DNA from: Octopus sinensis
Lineage: Eukaryota
DNA length: 64,000 nucleotides
Assembly: GCF_006345805.1 (NCBI RefSeq)
Contig: NC_043013.1
Coordinates: forward strand, 23,560,001 to 23,624,000
Direction of reading: 5' to 3'
Position 1 is the first letter of the stretch; each line of letters opens with the position of its first letter. The translations under genes and the position numbers were made by a program. Below the pieces are notes generated by a model that worked only from the letters and a program-made list of their open reading frames with translations, made no database searches and was not told the origin of the DNA. Positions 63,760-64,000 of this stretch are shown one piece after another.

Positions 63760-63869
63760 AATCTGTATATTTTGTATCCTTTCATTTGTCTTGCTTATGT
63801 TCTGGCATTTGCTAAATTTTCTTCAGAACATCCCTTTCTTAGTGGTAAGACCATAAAGGGTTGACTTTT

Positions 63870-64000
63870 GAATGGGCTGGGGATGGTTATGTGAAACTGG
63901 CGTAGGATACAGCTGTGAACTCACTTTATTTGCCGGGTCTTTGCAGTCACAGCATATCTCCAGAGGTCTCGGTCTTTCGTTGTTGCCTGTGTAACGCCCA
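63870..64000 (-). pseudogene. RTE LINE 3' end fragment (truncated by window edge)
   Basis: Similar to 34440-34560 (gccgggtct...cacagcatat..ccagaggtctcggtc). Confidence 0.6.

Larger units (their letters stand above)
63121..63785 (+). repeat. Tandem pair of 319-bp units (346-bp period), each preceded by (TA)n
   Basis: 63121-63439 and 63467-63785; I saw three substitutions between them. Confidence 0.95.

Overview
AT-rich, repeat-dense animal DNA; the SINE and RTE-tail repeat families suggest an octopus or other coleoid cephalopod (inference). The main gene is a p120 RasGAP (RASA1 orthologue) on the + strand. I traced 17 coding exons from 24951 to 61874 with consistent splice phases (SH2-SH3-SH2-PH-C2-start of RasGAP); intron 3 is GC-AG, and the gene runs past the right edge. 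A probable first exon of a secreted GH2 glycosidase (beta-mannosidase-like) lies at 1700-1832 on the - strand. The 23 kb between the two genes holds a full-length decayed mariner, an internally deleted Helitron, a short non-autonomous Helitron inside a foldback, a CRE-like non-LTR relic, RTE fragments, nested MITEs and many SINEs. The most interesting signal is RNA-level. Sense-strand minimal type I hammerhead ribozyme motifs sit in putative RASA1 introns. One set is a 346-bp tandem pair with intact cores (63121-63785), retrozyme or newt satellite-2-like, each core overlapped by a 23-bp hairpin. The other is a separate tRNA-headed, hammerhead-tailed, TSD-flanked short element family (47406-47721, plus a 426-bp palindromic version at 44509-44967). 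All calls were made by eye; no database searches or folding programs were run.
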